64,000 nt of DNA, taken from positions 4,402,001-4,466,000 of the forward strand of contig NC_092680.1 of assembly GCF_964355755.1 (NCBI RefSeq), written 5' to 3'. Position numbers and translations under genes: made by a program. The DNA comes from Antedon mediterranea (lineage: Eukaryota > Animalia > Echinodermata). How positions within the stretch are numbered: the stretch's first letter is position 1; every line of letters starts with the position of its first letter. Under the pieces are notes generated by a model that was given only the letters and a program-made list of their open reading frames with translations, did no database searches and had not been told where the DNA came from. This document shows positions 1-13,374 of this stretch, one piece after another.

Positions 1-2825
1 CATTTTTGTATACGGGTAACATTCAAGATCAAAATAATGATATTGTTCCACTTTAAAATGGAAATTCGTCGTTTTGCTTGGCATAATTAAGACAATAAAA
101 CAACAAAGACAAATACATCAAATTGCAAAAGGCAATTAAGAAGATTATTAATTATAAGACGTTACCTTAGAGTATAATTATAGGACGTTACCTTAGAGTA
201 TGTACCCCAGTTGTCAATACATGATAATACTATAGTATTTTACTAGTATTTCCTTGGTATAAACGTAACCACCAAATAAGGTAAAGCATATAGAACTTGT
301 TCTTCATGAAATGTCACACAGTCAAAATAGTTTATATCATCATGCAGTTCTTTCTATACAGTCAACTGTGCATGTATTTAATGTATATAAATATCAGGCG
401 ATTCGCTTCAATCAATTTAAATAAATCATATTCTTTGCTAATTGTTGTTTCTCTCGACAACTCATTCTATATAGTTACTATATATAGCACGAGCAACCAT
501 TGACTCCAGTACTTTCGATGCCACTAAATAAACCTTTAGTCAAATTGATATTTTTCATAGTTAGTGTACAGTATATTAAATCATCTAATGCAATGACCAT
601 CATTCAGTCCTTTGGCTATGTTGAACCTACATTCGATTCTCTGTACTGTTATTACTCAATTATCGAAATATTCCGTAATACAACATCACATGTGTCCCAC
701 ACGTGTCTTCTAGTATCATAGCCCATAATCTGACCCTTAACAAACCCTTATATGATGCAGACACCACTGTGATACATATTAGATACTGTTTTATTACGAA
801 ATGTTCGTAATACATACTAATTTCATTCCACAAAATTATCGTATGTGGGGATGCAGCACTGATATGAGAATCAGCTCTTTGTACATGCGAAACAACTACG
901 AATTCTAATGTATTGAATAATAGGGTTGTGTATATATACATTACACATGACATGCAGTCATGCAGAGCCCCTTGAGACAATATCGTACTCGTTTCGTTAT
1001 GATCTTGTACGTTGCTGCGTAATGTGCACGTAATACGCATTTGTATTGCATTGCGGGAGTGACAGCTTAACGTCCCGTCCGAAGGACGAAACAATGGTAA
1101 ATCTAGTAGTATACTAGTTACTCTAGTATAAGGAAGTCATGTATTTTCGCATTCCAGTCAACTATTTACTATACTGACAAGCATATTGACAATCAGTGTA
1201 ATATTGTGCGCTGTGAGCACAGTTATTGTTAATACTATTTGAATGTTCCTGTGGGTATTGTGATATACATCATGAATGTGTGTCCGCTACGTTGTTGCTG
1301 CTGATGGAGAATCGAATGCGTATTATGGCGTTAGTGCACGGGAAATAGATTTTTAAATCAAACTAGTTTCAAGACATAATTTTGTATGTAATGCCAGGTA
1401 ACAGTGGAGAGTGGATCACTCTTCCCTGGTAATGCAGTCTTTGGAGCCTAAACAATAACAATCAATGATAGGACATTTTGAAGAAGCCTAATTTACATAA
1501 TTAAAATGGGGGTCGTTTGTAAACGTAAGACAACCCTAATTCTTGCAATTAGTTTCCAAAAACAAAATTGTCTTTAAGTCCGGTAGATCGTATTATTTAA
1601 GGCATTGCCGAAATCATTAATACAATTTTGACTGTCATGAAATGGAAAGTTTCATATTTGGTAATAAACGATGGCTGTGTACAGTTGAGGAGAGATGATG
1701 TGGTGTGCGTGGGGCACATTTACCAATATGTACTATTCATTTTAGACGATAAACAAAATTATGATAGATAGCAACAACAATTTGTTGTATACTTTTCATT
1801 ATTACGAAATATACTTTTTAGAAAGGATGGCATTAGTATAGTAATTGGTTTGACACAAATTCCTGTAATAATTCAATAGTCAAAACCGCTATAATTTTCC
1901 TCATGTAAAGGTATGTCATATATTAGTAACCTCTATATAGTCTTTAACTCAATTCTGTCGAAATTAGTAATTACTATTATTCATATTATTTTAGAAGTTT
2001 ATTGATTATATGCCTTGTGGCAACCTTTTAGGCAAAATTAATCATGGAAATTGTAAACAACAATGGATCAATAGATTTGTCTGAGGTAATTATTTGTAAT
2101 ACTTCGCTTTTATGTTTTTTATAATCCATATATGGGTTAAGGCCACAGAGCAAAACGAATTTGATATGCTGTAAAAGAGAATGATTGGGTAAACTAACTT
2201 TAGTATAAAAGTTTGGTTCCTACTGCGAAGACGCTAGTTACATTTCGTTATGCTTGATTGATTTATAGAATTGGTTACGTCATTCACACAGTATCAAGCT
2301 TAGCGTTCATTGCGATACCGGTGAATCTGCATATTGTCAGGGAAAAGTGTAATTCCACTCTTCACTGATCTTAAGTACTGTAGGCCTACTTGTTATTTAG
2401 GCCATCATTGTTGTGATTAACATCTGAATTAAGTTAACTTTTAGGCATATTGTCGTTGGTTTGCTGGTTGTAACGAGACTTTTGAAGTAATTTCACCAAT
2501 CAGCAAGAGACGGATCGAAATGTCGCTTGTGATTGGTCAATATGCGTTGCGCGTACGCCATTGCGTTGCGTCTTACTGCTTCTCAATTTGAATTGATTGT
2601 GATACATTGCGATATTGTTGTCTTATTAGTAGCATATACTGTTTTTAAAACGCGCACACATCTAGTGTGTGAATAATGATGTATCGACCCCCTGAGGTAG
2701 TTTATCTCATACCATGGCTAGGTGAAACTTTTATCTTCGCATTGTTTTCTAAGTAATTAATTTGTAGAAATGAGAAAACTATCACAATATATTCTGATTA
2801 AAAGCACAAACCGTGCGTTGTTTGG

Positions 2826-3240
2826 TGTTACTCTTTGATTAAATGCTGTTCCTACATTTTAGTATTAGTTAATTTCTATATTTCATTTGCCCTTTGACCT
2901 GTATACGTCTTGTGGGATAAATAACTGTTTCTTTATAGTTATTTTTTTCTTTTTCTTTTTTCTGAATAACAATAATAAAACTACAATAGTTGTTGTGTTC
3001 CAACTGTTACTCTTTGATTAAATTCTGTTCCTATATTTTGTCTTTAGGTAATATCTATATTTCATTTGCCCTTTGACCTGTGTCTTGGGGTAAATAAGTT
3101 TATTTATAGTTATTTTTTACCTACACCTACCTACATTAGTATTGGTTAATTTCTATATTTCATTTGACCTTTGACCTGTATACGTCCGTTTTTTTTAGTT
3201 ATGTTGTCTTATAATGAAACTATAACAGTTGCTGTGTTCT
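2826..3240. repeat. Diverged ~180-bp tandem duplication plus a partial third copy
   Basis: CTATATTTCATTTG(C/A)CCTTTGACCTGT occurs three times. Confidence 0.75.
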
Positions 3241-4688
3241 AACATTCAATAATATAGGACACAATTCTTCCATGGTTCAACAAGCGTATGGAACGCTGCT
3301 TGATTTTATACTACTGATTATGATATTGCTTTGCGTGTGATGGTCAATATCAATGCTATTAGTCTTTAGCCAGCTCCGTACGATCCCTGGCGGTACGTAA
3401 TTACCACTAACACGTCCCGCCAACGATATGTCTGGTCCGTCATAATTCACTTTTCTTAAACATAATCAAGTTTTTACTGCACTAGTAATTCTATCTTATT
3501 GCATGTGACGCTGGGGATTTGAAATTCATATTAGAATGTAATGTTTTCTTATCATGTGCTTTATTTTCTTATTGTAATAAAAATGTTTCAAACAAAAAGT
3601 AACCGTCGGTGTCGTCACAACATACGAATAATACTAATCATTTTGTGCAAAGCGAAGCTGACAACTTGTTGTAGAAACCCAACGTGAAGTAGTAACATTA
3701 CAATCACAATAAAACGTTGCAATAAAATACATTATTTTTGAAGGAAATAAAACCGTTTAATTTGACAATAACATCATGTTCCAACGACTTCTTTTATTCA
3801 ATGTAAACGAATTGTATGACAAAATACAGAACCAATTAAATGTCACAGTTCATGTTCATTATAAAATGAACACTTTTAACGAAGTACCGCACTTAACATT
3901 TTTGGAAATTTGAAATGTTGAAGCTAAGTTGATCATAAATCAATATGTATTTATAATGTTCCAATTATCTATAATAAATATTTTTGAAATATATTCAGAA
4001 AGCAAAAGTGCATAATACATAAATATAAAAAGTATATATTCGTAAAATATTAATTATTAATCAGTCCCTTCTACCGAACTAATACCGAATGACACGTGAT
4101 GCGTAATTAACCAATCAAATGCAAGAATATATTCAAGCGTGTTATAATATCATAAAATCAAAGTACTATAAGAGGTCACCAAGTAGCCTATAAAAAACAA
4201 ATACATAAATATTAATATGTGTGATATTTCGGGTTTTGTTGTTAATGTTATTAGAGATACGCACATTTTAAAGCTGCGGAAGATGATTAGTGGGAAACGT
4301 TAGGCCTAAACTTGAACTTTATTAAATAATCCCATCTCTCATCTAAATCTAGTCACATGGTTCACGTAATTCCACTGGGATGGAACATAAATTTATCACA
4401 TTGACTATAAGCTGTATTAATGACATGCCGTATTACACATGAATTATCCTTTATGTCATTACATGGCTCAATTTATAATTGATATATTTTTAATTGTAGA
4501 AAATGTTTTTTATTTCAAGCCTAAGTATGTGCTATTATTGGTATAAAAGTAAGTCATTATTGATAACGACATTTGACAAAGACAGTGTGATGTGGCCAAA
4601 TATGGTAGTGATATGATATCATCATGTCAATATATGGGAACATCACATTTGTTGTCACACAGTTTGATAGTGTAGACACAGAGCTTTA

Positions 4689-4846
4689 AGCTTGGTTCCT
4701 ACTATGACGCAATGCAAGGACGTAGACGCAACGCAAGCGAGATGACCAATGACAAGCGACAGTTCGATGATCAATCGCGTTGTGATTGGACAACTCGCTT
4801 GCGTTGCGCTTACGTTCTTACGTTGCGTCCTAGTGGGAACCAAGCT
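4689..4846. mobile_element. MITE family A (AGCTTGGTTCCCACTAG TIR; PIF/Harbinger-like)
   Basis: Long imperfect TIRs with (AACGC)n-rich arms. Abuts a family B copy through TTA. Confidence 0.8.
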
Positions 4847-5564
4847 ATAGATGTCTTGACCTATAATTTGAGTAACAAATTCGGTTGTTACGCAGTTTGA
4901 TTATAGTAGAATATGGTATTATGTCCCACAGAAAATAAAACGTGAAAACTGTACTGTATAAACTATACTGCAATGATTGTGTGTAGTCAAATATTGTTTT
5001 ATTCGCCGTACATTCGTTTAACTATTGAATGGCCAGACCCACTTAAGTATGTCAGTGCGTTAAGTGCGACATTAATGTGATGTAATCCAATGATCTAAAC
5101 AACTGATAATATACTGTAGCAATAATCGTAAAAATACACTAGTTTCTTACGCTCATTTTAGGACAATTATTCCTTATACGAAATCACTCTTTTCAAGCAG
5201 GCCAGCCCATCTGATAGGTCTACCCCTTACACATCGCCGAGCAAACTCCGGGGTTTTGTATGCGGCCCCCGGTGAGTACCGGTGGTATGGTTTCTTTTCT
5301 AAATGGGAAATCCATGAAACAATCCTCGTTTTTGAATAAGCTCCGTCGAGAGCTGGTCGAGTGCTTAAGTTCTGAAAAGATCGCAGGTTTGATTTCAGCA
5401 GGCGGAGACAAACACAATTATTAGAAGGGCATTTTCTTACGTTGCGTATGTTACCAGTGGAAACCAAGCTTTAGAAGGAATCCATACAGAACATGCCGCT
5501 TTGTATAATTTTTTACCAAAAGTTAAATATTTTCCTTAAACTCTTTTTGAGAGCACATATTGTA

Positions 5565-5772
5565 AGCTCCCGAGCTCTCATTCGCGTCCGGCCGTCCGAG
5601 CTCTTATTCGGGCCCAGCCACCCGAGCTCTTATTCGCGCCCGGCCGTCCGAGCTCTTTTTCGCGCCCGGCCGCCCGAGCTCTTATTCGCGCCCGGCCGCC
5701 CGAGCTCTTATTCGCGCCCGGCCGCCCGAGCTCTTATTTGCGGCCTGCCGCTCGAGCTCTCATTCACGCGAA
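5565..5772. repeat. GC/CpG-rich 26-bp minisatellite, 8 units (CCGAGCTCTTATTCGCGCCCGGCCGC)
   Basis: CGAGCTC recurs every 26 bp from 5571 to 5753. Confidence 0.95.
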
Positions 5773-6234
5773 TACTCTTTGTAATCAGTCAAGGACATCG
5801 TGTGAAACGAAATCAAGTGTATTACGATAAATAGCGACATTAATGACCTAATATCGATCCTGCTATCATAATATTAATAAATGTCATGAGAATCTTGAAT
5901 TCTTACGCATCCGTCATTTTCGTTAATTTCCGTACATAATTTATTGAGAATGAACATGAAGGTGATTGCAATGGGTAATCCCGTTATGTAAAGTTGTACT
6001 ACAGTATGGCAATATTGTTGAGCTTAAAGTGTCTTCTGTTATAGATATTCTCTACATAGTCAATGACATTTCAAACCCTCATGTGAATTGGGGCTGAATT
6101 TCATTTCATGTCAGAAGCAAAGTCTATATGATACACCAAAACATCCGAGATAATTAAATGTTTCATGTATACTCATTTAGTATTGTACTGTATATTAACC
6201 ATAACCTGTACAATTGGTTTGTCTTTTTTTTCTC

Positions 6235-6348
6235 TACAGTAGGACCCCTGTTTTGGAACAAACCTATCCAGGGGACACAACCCTATCCAGGGGACACAAC
6301 TATTAATGGACATATTAACACATACGATCAACCCATATCTAGGATACA
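6235..6348. mobile_element. Fragment of a ta|CAGT-ended, GGGACAC-repeat MITE (Tc1/pogo-like)
   Basis: TACAGTAGGACCC start with repeated GGGGACAC. Related pieces lie at about 6502-6655, 7446-7512 and 29965-30040. Confidence 0.4.
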
Positions 6349-6811
6349 GCTTTTTTTATTTCAAGCCTAGTATGTGCTATTATTGGTATACTGTATAAGT
6401 AAGTCATTAATTATTGATAACGACATCAAACATAATTCACGTTGAATGGAGAAATAAAACTACAATCATTTTAAAAACGATTACCGTACTAATTTATGCA
6501 AACAGTATAGAACCATTTCAGTTCTTGGGTCACCTATATTAAGAGGACACTGATTAAAATGTATTAACACTACGGCCAGCCTCTTCAGGGGACGTCCATG
6601 TTAAGTGACTACTTAATTTGTTGGGTCCCGTAGGTGTCCCCGTAAATCGGTTTAAGAAGTAGCAAAGACACAACATAATATATTACAACCGTAATAATTT
6701 ATCCTATCTTTTTCAAATATAAAAAAGCTGCACGCACGTGCTGTATGTCAGCAACAATAAACTGTAATGCTACTACTATCCCTTTGTAGCTTTGCGTAAT
6801 AATTAAAGTAA

Positions 6812-6950
6812 AGCTCTGTCTACACTATAAAACTAGTTTGACAAAGACAGTGTGATGTGGCCAAATATGGTAGTAATATGATATCATCATGTCAATATAT
6901 GGGCACATCACATTTGTTGTCACACAGTTTGATAGTGTAGACACAGAGCT
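6812..6950. mobile_element. MITE family B (AGCTCTGTCTACACTATCAAAC TIR)
   Basis: TIRs of about 22 bp with TWA flanks. A truncated paralog lies at 4572-4685. Confidence 0.85.
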
Positions 6951-6953
6951 TTA

Positions 6954-7293
6954 AGCTTGGTTCCCACTATGTCGCAATGCAAGGACGTAGACGCAACGCA
7001 AGCGAGATGACCAATGACAAGCGACAGTTCGATGATCCATCGCGTTGTGATTGGACAACTCGCTTGCGTTGCGCTTACGTTCTTACTTTGCGTCCTAAAG
7101 CGTGGTTCCCACTAGTGACGCAACGCAAGGACGTAACGCAACGCAAGTGAATTGACCAATCACAAGCGATGGCTTATTCGCTTGTGATTGCTAACTGTCT
7201 ATAACTTCGCTTGTCATTGGTTAAAACGCTTGCGTTGCGTTTACGTCCTTGCGTTACATTCTAGTGGGAACCAAGGTTAATGGGAACCAAGCT
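6954..7293. mobile_element. MITE family A host copy with a nested A copy at 7099-7277
   Basis: Paralog of 4689-4846, interrupted by a 179-bp copy flanked by TAA/TAA. Confidence 0.85.
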
Positions 7294-7512
7294 ATAGATG
7301 TCTTGACCTATAATTTGATTAACAAATTCGGTTGTTACGCAGTTTGATTATAGTTGAATATGGTATTATGTCCCACAGAAAATAAAACGTCGTGAGCTGT
7401 ACTGTATAAACTATACTGCAATAATTGTGTGTAGTCAAATATTGTGGGACACAACTATTAAGGGACATATTAACACATACGATCAACCCATATCTATAGG
7501 ATACATCCCTTA

Positions 7513-7710
7513 AGCGTGGTTAAGAACGCAACGCAAAGTAACGCAGCGACGTATCGACGCAAAGTGTTGTATTGCGTAATCACAAGTGGGAACCGACGAT
7601 ATATACAACAGTGGTTCAAACATCGCAGGTTTGATCTCACGCAGGCGGGGGAAAATTGGAAGGGAATTGTCTTACGTTGCGTAGGTTGCGTCGCTAGGGG
7701 GAACCAAGCT
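7513..7710. mobile_element. MITE family C (A-like TIRs, different core GCGTAATCACAAGTGGGAACC...CATCGCAGGTTTGAT)
   Basis: TTA/TTA flanks. Homologous to 48784-48985 and 50796-51436, with a partial copy at about 5360-5470. Confidence 0.75.
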
Positions 7711-8346
7711 TTAAGGGGACAACCGTTTTCCTAATAGGATTTCTATAGGCTTCTTTCTGTTATTCAAATTCAAATGTAAACTAAAACTTTATAAACTTAT
7801 TATTTTATATTGTTTTATACGAATTCATTTTGTATTCACCAATAAATCAATATTCTTGTGAATTCTTGTCAATGTAATTCGATTCCAGAGAATCAAAATC
7901 CTTGCAATTATACGGATCATTACGAAGTTAATGTAACTGACACCCAAACCTGAGCACATTATCCGTGCGCATCATGGATAACATAACACATTCGTAAACC
8001 CTTCCAGCCAAGTAAATATCATAATCGACTTCTTAATGAGGTTGTGAACTGTGAATTCCTCTGGCGTGCACCCTGGAAAATGCAGTAGGCCTAGCAATCA
8101 TTACAATGTTTGCTAGTGCACATTAACAGAATACATATCGATGGATACGACAGAATACCCTAATCGACCCAGTGTTCGTTCGACTCACAAAATATTGCAG
8201 TTCAAATAATACCAATCGACAACCAGTAATTTTCTCTGGCTCAATTTTATTGAGCCAGCCATTATCTTAATGTTGTGTGTCTCTATTTTCCGTGTCTCCT
8301 CCACTTCTCACGCCACCATTTCATTGTTTTGCTCGGCCTTATCTCA

Positions 8347-8485
8347 AGCTCTTTCTACACTATCAAACTAGTTTGACAAAAAGTGCAATGTGCCCAAATA
8401 TGGTAGTAATATGCTCTAATGTAATATTGATATGACATTATCAGGGCATTATCATCATCACTTTTTTGACAATGTAGATAGGGCT
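8347..8485. mobile_element. MITE family B, diverged
   Basis: AGCTCTTTCTACACTATCAAAC...TGTAGATAGGGCT. Confidence 0.7.
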
Positions 8486-9219
8486 TTACGGAGCGTATGT
8501 TTAAGCCATTTTGTATGGTTTGATAAAACTGAAATACAATGTCAACTAACCTACAGTATTAATGAACAATTTAAGAATATATAATAATTATTATCTTTAG
8601 TTTCATTTGCCCATTGCATATGAAATTCTGTAACATAAAGAAACATATTTACACGTCAGTCGATAACAAAATTTGTATCTATATACGAAGCTTTTGAATA
8701 AAACTATTTGCATTTTTTCCAAATATATGAATAAATTATTGCCTTGCTTACACAGTCAATGACATGGGTTGAACTGAATGCGGGCACATCCCTGAAGGCA
8801 AGCTTGTTTTCATTCACTGGAAACGGTACAAGTTCGGTTATAACATTTAACTTTCCTGAATATTGTATTTTCTGTGGTAAATTTATGGTGAATTATTCAT
8901 TTATCATGTATACTTGACATTTCTAGCTTGCTTTATGCACCGCAATTAGGTGGTAATGGCAATTAACGACATGATCAACCAAAAATTGACGCGCACGTAA
9001 AGAGGGATGTTGAGGAAGGAGAGCGGATTTTTTTATTATCACTTCCAAAAAAAGAAAGGAAAAAAGGATGTTGCGTAGAGGCTCTATAAAAACATAAAGC
9101 TTGGTAAAAGATAAAACAAGACACACAATTGATTTATTCCTACTGTACATAAAAACCTTCCCATCCCCACAATTGACAAAATGTTATCTCTAAGCTGTGC
9201 ATAGACAGCCTAAGCCTAA

Positions 9220-9398
9220 AGCCTGGTTCCCACTAGAACGTAACGCAAGGACGTAAACGCAACGCAAGCGTTTTAACCAATGACAAGCGAATTTGTAGAC
9301 AGTTAGCAATCACAAGCGAATAAGCCATCGCTTGTGATTGGTCAATTCACTTGCGTTGCGTTACGTCCTTGTGTTGCGTCGCTAGTGGGAACTACGCT
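9220..9398. mobile_element. MITE family A, 179 bp
   Basis: Full TIRs and TAA/TAA flanks. Confidence 0.85.
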
Positions 9399-12300
9399 TA
9401 AGGCGGAGGTAATGACATGTGTTTGCAACATAAATGTAGAGTGTTAAAATATAAAATTAATAATCATAAACGCCCAAGCAGGAATATTCCAACTAGATAT
9501 TTTAGTCTTAGAATTCCGTAAAATATATATTTACAATTTGTAACTATTGATTTTTTTATACTGTATAAAACAGCTGTGCAAAATGTTATAAAATTGATTT
9601 AAAAAAATCATCTGACATTATTGCTTTGGAATAAATGTTACGCACCTTCAAAATACAAAATTACCACGCACACAAAATCGTCGTATGCCTAGATGTTGTT
9701 ATTTTTAGACACAAATGGATATTGCAATTAATTTAACAAATAAATTAAGATACCCGACTTATTTGCGAGCCAACTCGGGTTTTCCTCACTGTTGATCCTG
9801 AAGCTTGAGTTCCACTAGAACGTTACGTAAGGACGACGCGACGGATCATTCAAGTGCGAACCAAGCTTTTGACAGGTCAACTCGTGCAGTACGTTGTTCC
9901 TACAACGCGACAAGGAACGACGTAGTACGACGACGCGTCGTTGTTTGTAGATCGGAGACGGATGTGCTGTAGAATAGAACGAACCAAACGACCATCGGTA
10001 TACGCACGTTTACCAAGTTTGAAGCTTGTGAATAACAGGTGTTTCGCAATTCAGTTCTTCGGACACGCTCGAAAAAGTTCGTGTTGGTTAAAAATACTGA
10101 GTTATGCTAAGTATTGAGAAACATGCATAGCTAATAACTGATTTCACATGGATGAGAAGAAATTCACTGATTTCCTTTAAAAGAAGAAGTTAGTTAACCT
10201 TTGAGTAATACAATAGTGTAACATTGTCGAAATATATTATATGAGGCACGACATTTTAATATATTTATATCTAATAACAACCATATATAGATAGATTTAT
10301 CTTGACAACTTGTATTTCTTCAATTGGATTTAAATATATTAAACTCGTTAGTAGAAATAAATCATGAATGTTAAGTGTTTAAATGATAATATATATCAAT
10401 TTATCGGTGAAAGCGATGATGAAAACCTAGCTTTAGGTTAAACTTCCACAATTAAATAAAATTATATGACTAGTTTTGCATCTTCATTTAACTCACATTA
10501 ATTATAATTATTAACTAAACAAATTGAAATGGGGTTATTAGTATTAGTTTGTTTGTTTACCGTAGGGTATTTCGTCATTCTATATTGCTGTCAATAATCT
10601 TCTATTGGAATTTGTATGTAATAAACAACATTGAGAAGTGAATGAAGACATTACAGTTGTTCCGATAAATATTTTTGAATGGGTTGTGTCCACACATAGA
10701 CCGTTTCTTTCCAAGTTTCGAAAACAAGAGGTTGAACCCATGTTAACCCGACACATCTGGCTCGTGTGTACCTTGAATATCCCAGTGCATCGTTTGGGAA
10801 AATTAGAGGGTTTTTTCCTGGTGTTGTGGTACATTTCAGACTATTATTTTGTTTATCAATACGACCCTATTACGACCAAGTAGTCAATCAATTCGTTATA
10901 AAAACCATAGAATGACCATATTTCCTAGTATGAAAGTGGGTTTGGTTAAAAGGCACTCATACCATGAGTTACTGAACTGTTATCAAATTATGTATTATTT
11001 TCTTCAGGGCTCATGTGTTACTATAACCCCCTGATACACTAACCAACACATGCTGCTAGAAACACGACGTTTAATATTGTATAATTATCAGTATATAGTC
11101 TTGTAGATGAAAGAGTATTCTATAGTCATGAAAGTCGTAATCCCTGCTGATGAAATGGAGTTTCTCCCCTGTGTGATACTAAGAAGTATATGCGCCTGGG
11201 AATGTTCCACATATCCCGTTATCATCTAAGATCTCATGTTTTGTGTACATCTGCGATAGACTTTGACCTCATTGCTAAGATGTTCAGGTGGCTATTTTTT
11301 TTTGTGACTCACTTAGGGGGTCACAAAATACACATGAAGGAAGTACCGAACATATACATTTTGACGACGGAACAGAAGGTTGGCGACACGTGTAACATTA
11401 AACCGTTTTAATGCTAGTTATTAATGTAATTGTACTATTGACCGATATTATTACTTACATTAATATATCTTAGTCGTCATAAATTTGCTGATGAGACACA
11501 ATCGAGGAAGAGAGTAATTTCACAGTTCCATGAATACATCTATTAATAATGCTATTATTGCTCTAAGTACGTTTTTTAATTCTTTTATTTGTTTCATGTG
11601 TATTTTGAAGAAGCGCAAACATAGAAACGCATAACAAATATAATAGTTTTAGGAGATTGATGATAATAACCTTTTAAAGCCTTTTTAACCAATTCTAACA
11701 AAATATCATATCGCCTTCAACAATCCAGTGTAAACATTTACTCTTATTTAGTAATGCACATCTTGGTGATGTGAATGTATAGACTAATGTACATGATATT
11801 AAATTAAAATCGTGACCTCATTATTATATTTTAACTACAGTAATTGGTATGTTGCCAAAGTTTTAGAAAGTCTGCTTGTTAGAGGGCGCCTTATAGATTG
11901 TGGATAATTTTGATCAATCGTACTTTCATTAAAATAACAATTAAGCTAACCAGACCCAGTTGCGCTTCTCTTGAAAAATTAGCATTAGTACATTTTAACT
12001 AGATTGTCATAACTGTAGATTCATGGTTTCAATATTGCTAACAACCAAGAGCGCATTTTACGTGGTGATAAAAAGTACCGCTTTCTCAGCGTTTGACCAA
12101 TTACTCAACGGCTTGTCTTTCCTCATATTTCTTATTATGTTTAAGTACCCGATCACAGATTGATAATACGATGGGCTTTTATTTCACTTCATTACGACTT
12201 ATGATTAAGACGGATGAGTTCAAAATGCTGATATATCAATCCTCATCTGATCCTATATTCATCCCAACAAATTAGAAACTCGCACGATTTAGTAAGCGAC

Positions 12301-13187
12301 CATCTTTTCAATGTATTCGTCATTTAAACGAATAATAATTTTTTTAAATAGCCAGACACAATATGATATGATTTAGAGATTTTAATCCCGAAAGTTTTGC
12401 AGTTTTCTGGCCAAACCCCCGACCCCTCCCCCCCCCCCCCACAAAAAAAATCTGAGAGTCGAGGCATCGCACTATAGGAGCACGTTGTGAATAATAATGA
12501 AGACGAACTTACTTCAAATAGGTTATGGCAAAGGTTCGTTTTGCTGAATGGAATAAACCTCAGCTTGTGAAACTGGATCCATTCGTTTGAAACACATCTG
12601 TTTATTTTTTTTTAAGTATAGGCCTAGTTGAGAGAACACTTTGATTTCTGCAGTTACCGTTGGAAAATATATATTATGCGCTATCTTGCAATCTTCTGAG
12701 TTTTCAGTTCTGTACATTATTATAGGCCTAAATACGAGTATGACATTCAGTTGGTTTACCAGTTATTGTTTGTATAGCATGCCCATGCATTGCACGATAA
12801 ACAGCATTAGTACTGTATATCCATGGGGAACGTTATTAACCAACATACAGAATGTTCAGAAGATCAGTCACGTGGCTATCTTGTGCGTCTTAAATCCGCA
12901 AAATGGACACACTCTATCAAGGTAAGTTTCTCCATTATACCATGGATTAAAGAATAGAAGGATATGCATCGACGTGAGATCAAGGGTTCCTTGACTCTCG
13001 CCGACAGACCGCGGACCGCCCACAATGTTACAGTTTAATTAACCGCATGGTAACAACGAAACGGTCGCGTGCCTAATATATTGTTTACTGCACATGTGCA
13101 ACGACATTTAACCTTGTTGTTGACTACGCTTCTTTCGCGCGTTCTTTGTTGCACTGTATGTATTCATACATATTTGAACAGTATAAT

Positions 13188-13374
13188 CAGTGGCGTAACG
13201 GCTATGTGCGCTCACTGGCTAAACCGAAGCTTGGGGCCCATGAGCAGTGCCCAGAGGAACAGGCATAAAATATGTCGAAAATGCTAAAAACGTCCGAGGC
13301 CTTGATCTTTGAAACTGGGAGGGCCACTTAGGTTTCCTAAACAAGTGGCTTCAGGCCTCTGCCTCACGCCACTG
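13188..13374. mobile_element. hAT-like MITE (187 bp)
   Basis: TIRs CAGTGGCGT...ACGCCACTG and a perfect 8-bp TSD AGTATAAT at 13180-13187 and 13375-13382. Confidence 0.85.

Noticed and set aside
660-1094. 144-aa ORF and other short ORFs in 1-49 kb
   Set aside because: No recognisable domains, low-complexity AT-driven composition, and no consistent splice-phase chain.
5493-5834. 113-aa ORF
   Set aside because: It is a by-product of the GC-rich 26-bp minisatellite.
12850-12921. Plus-strand exon ending AAG|gtaagt
   Set aside because: Isolated donor with no partner exons or recognisable peptide.
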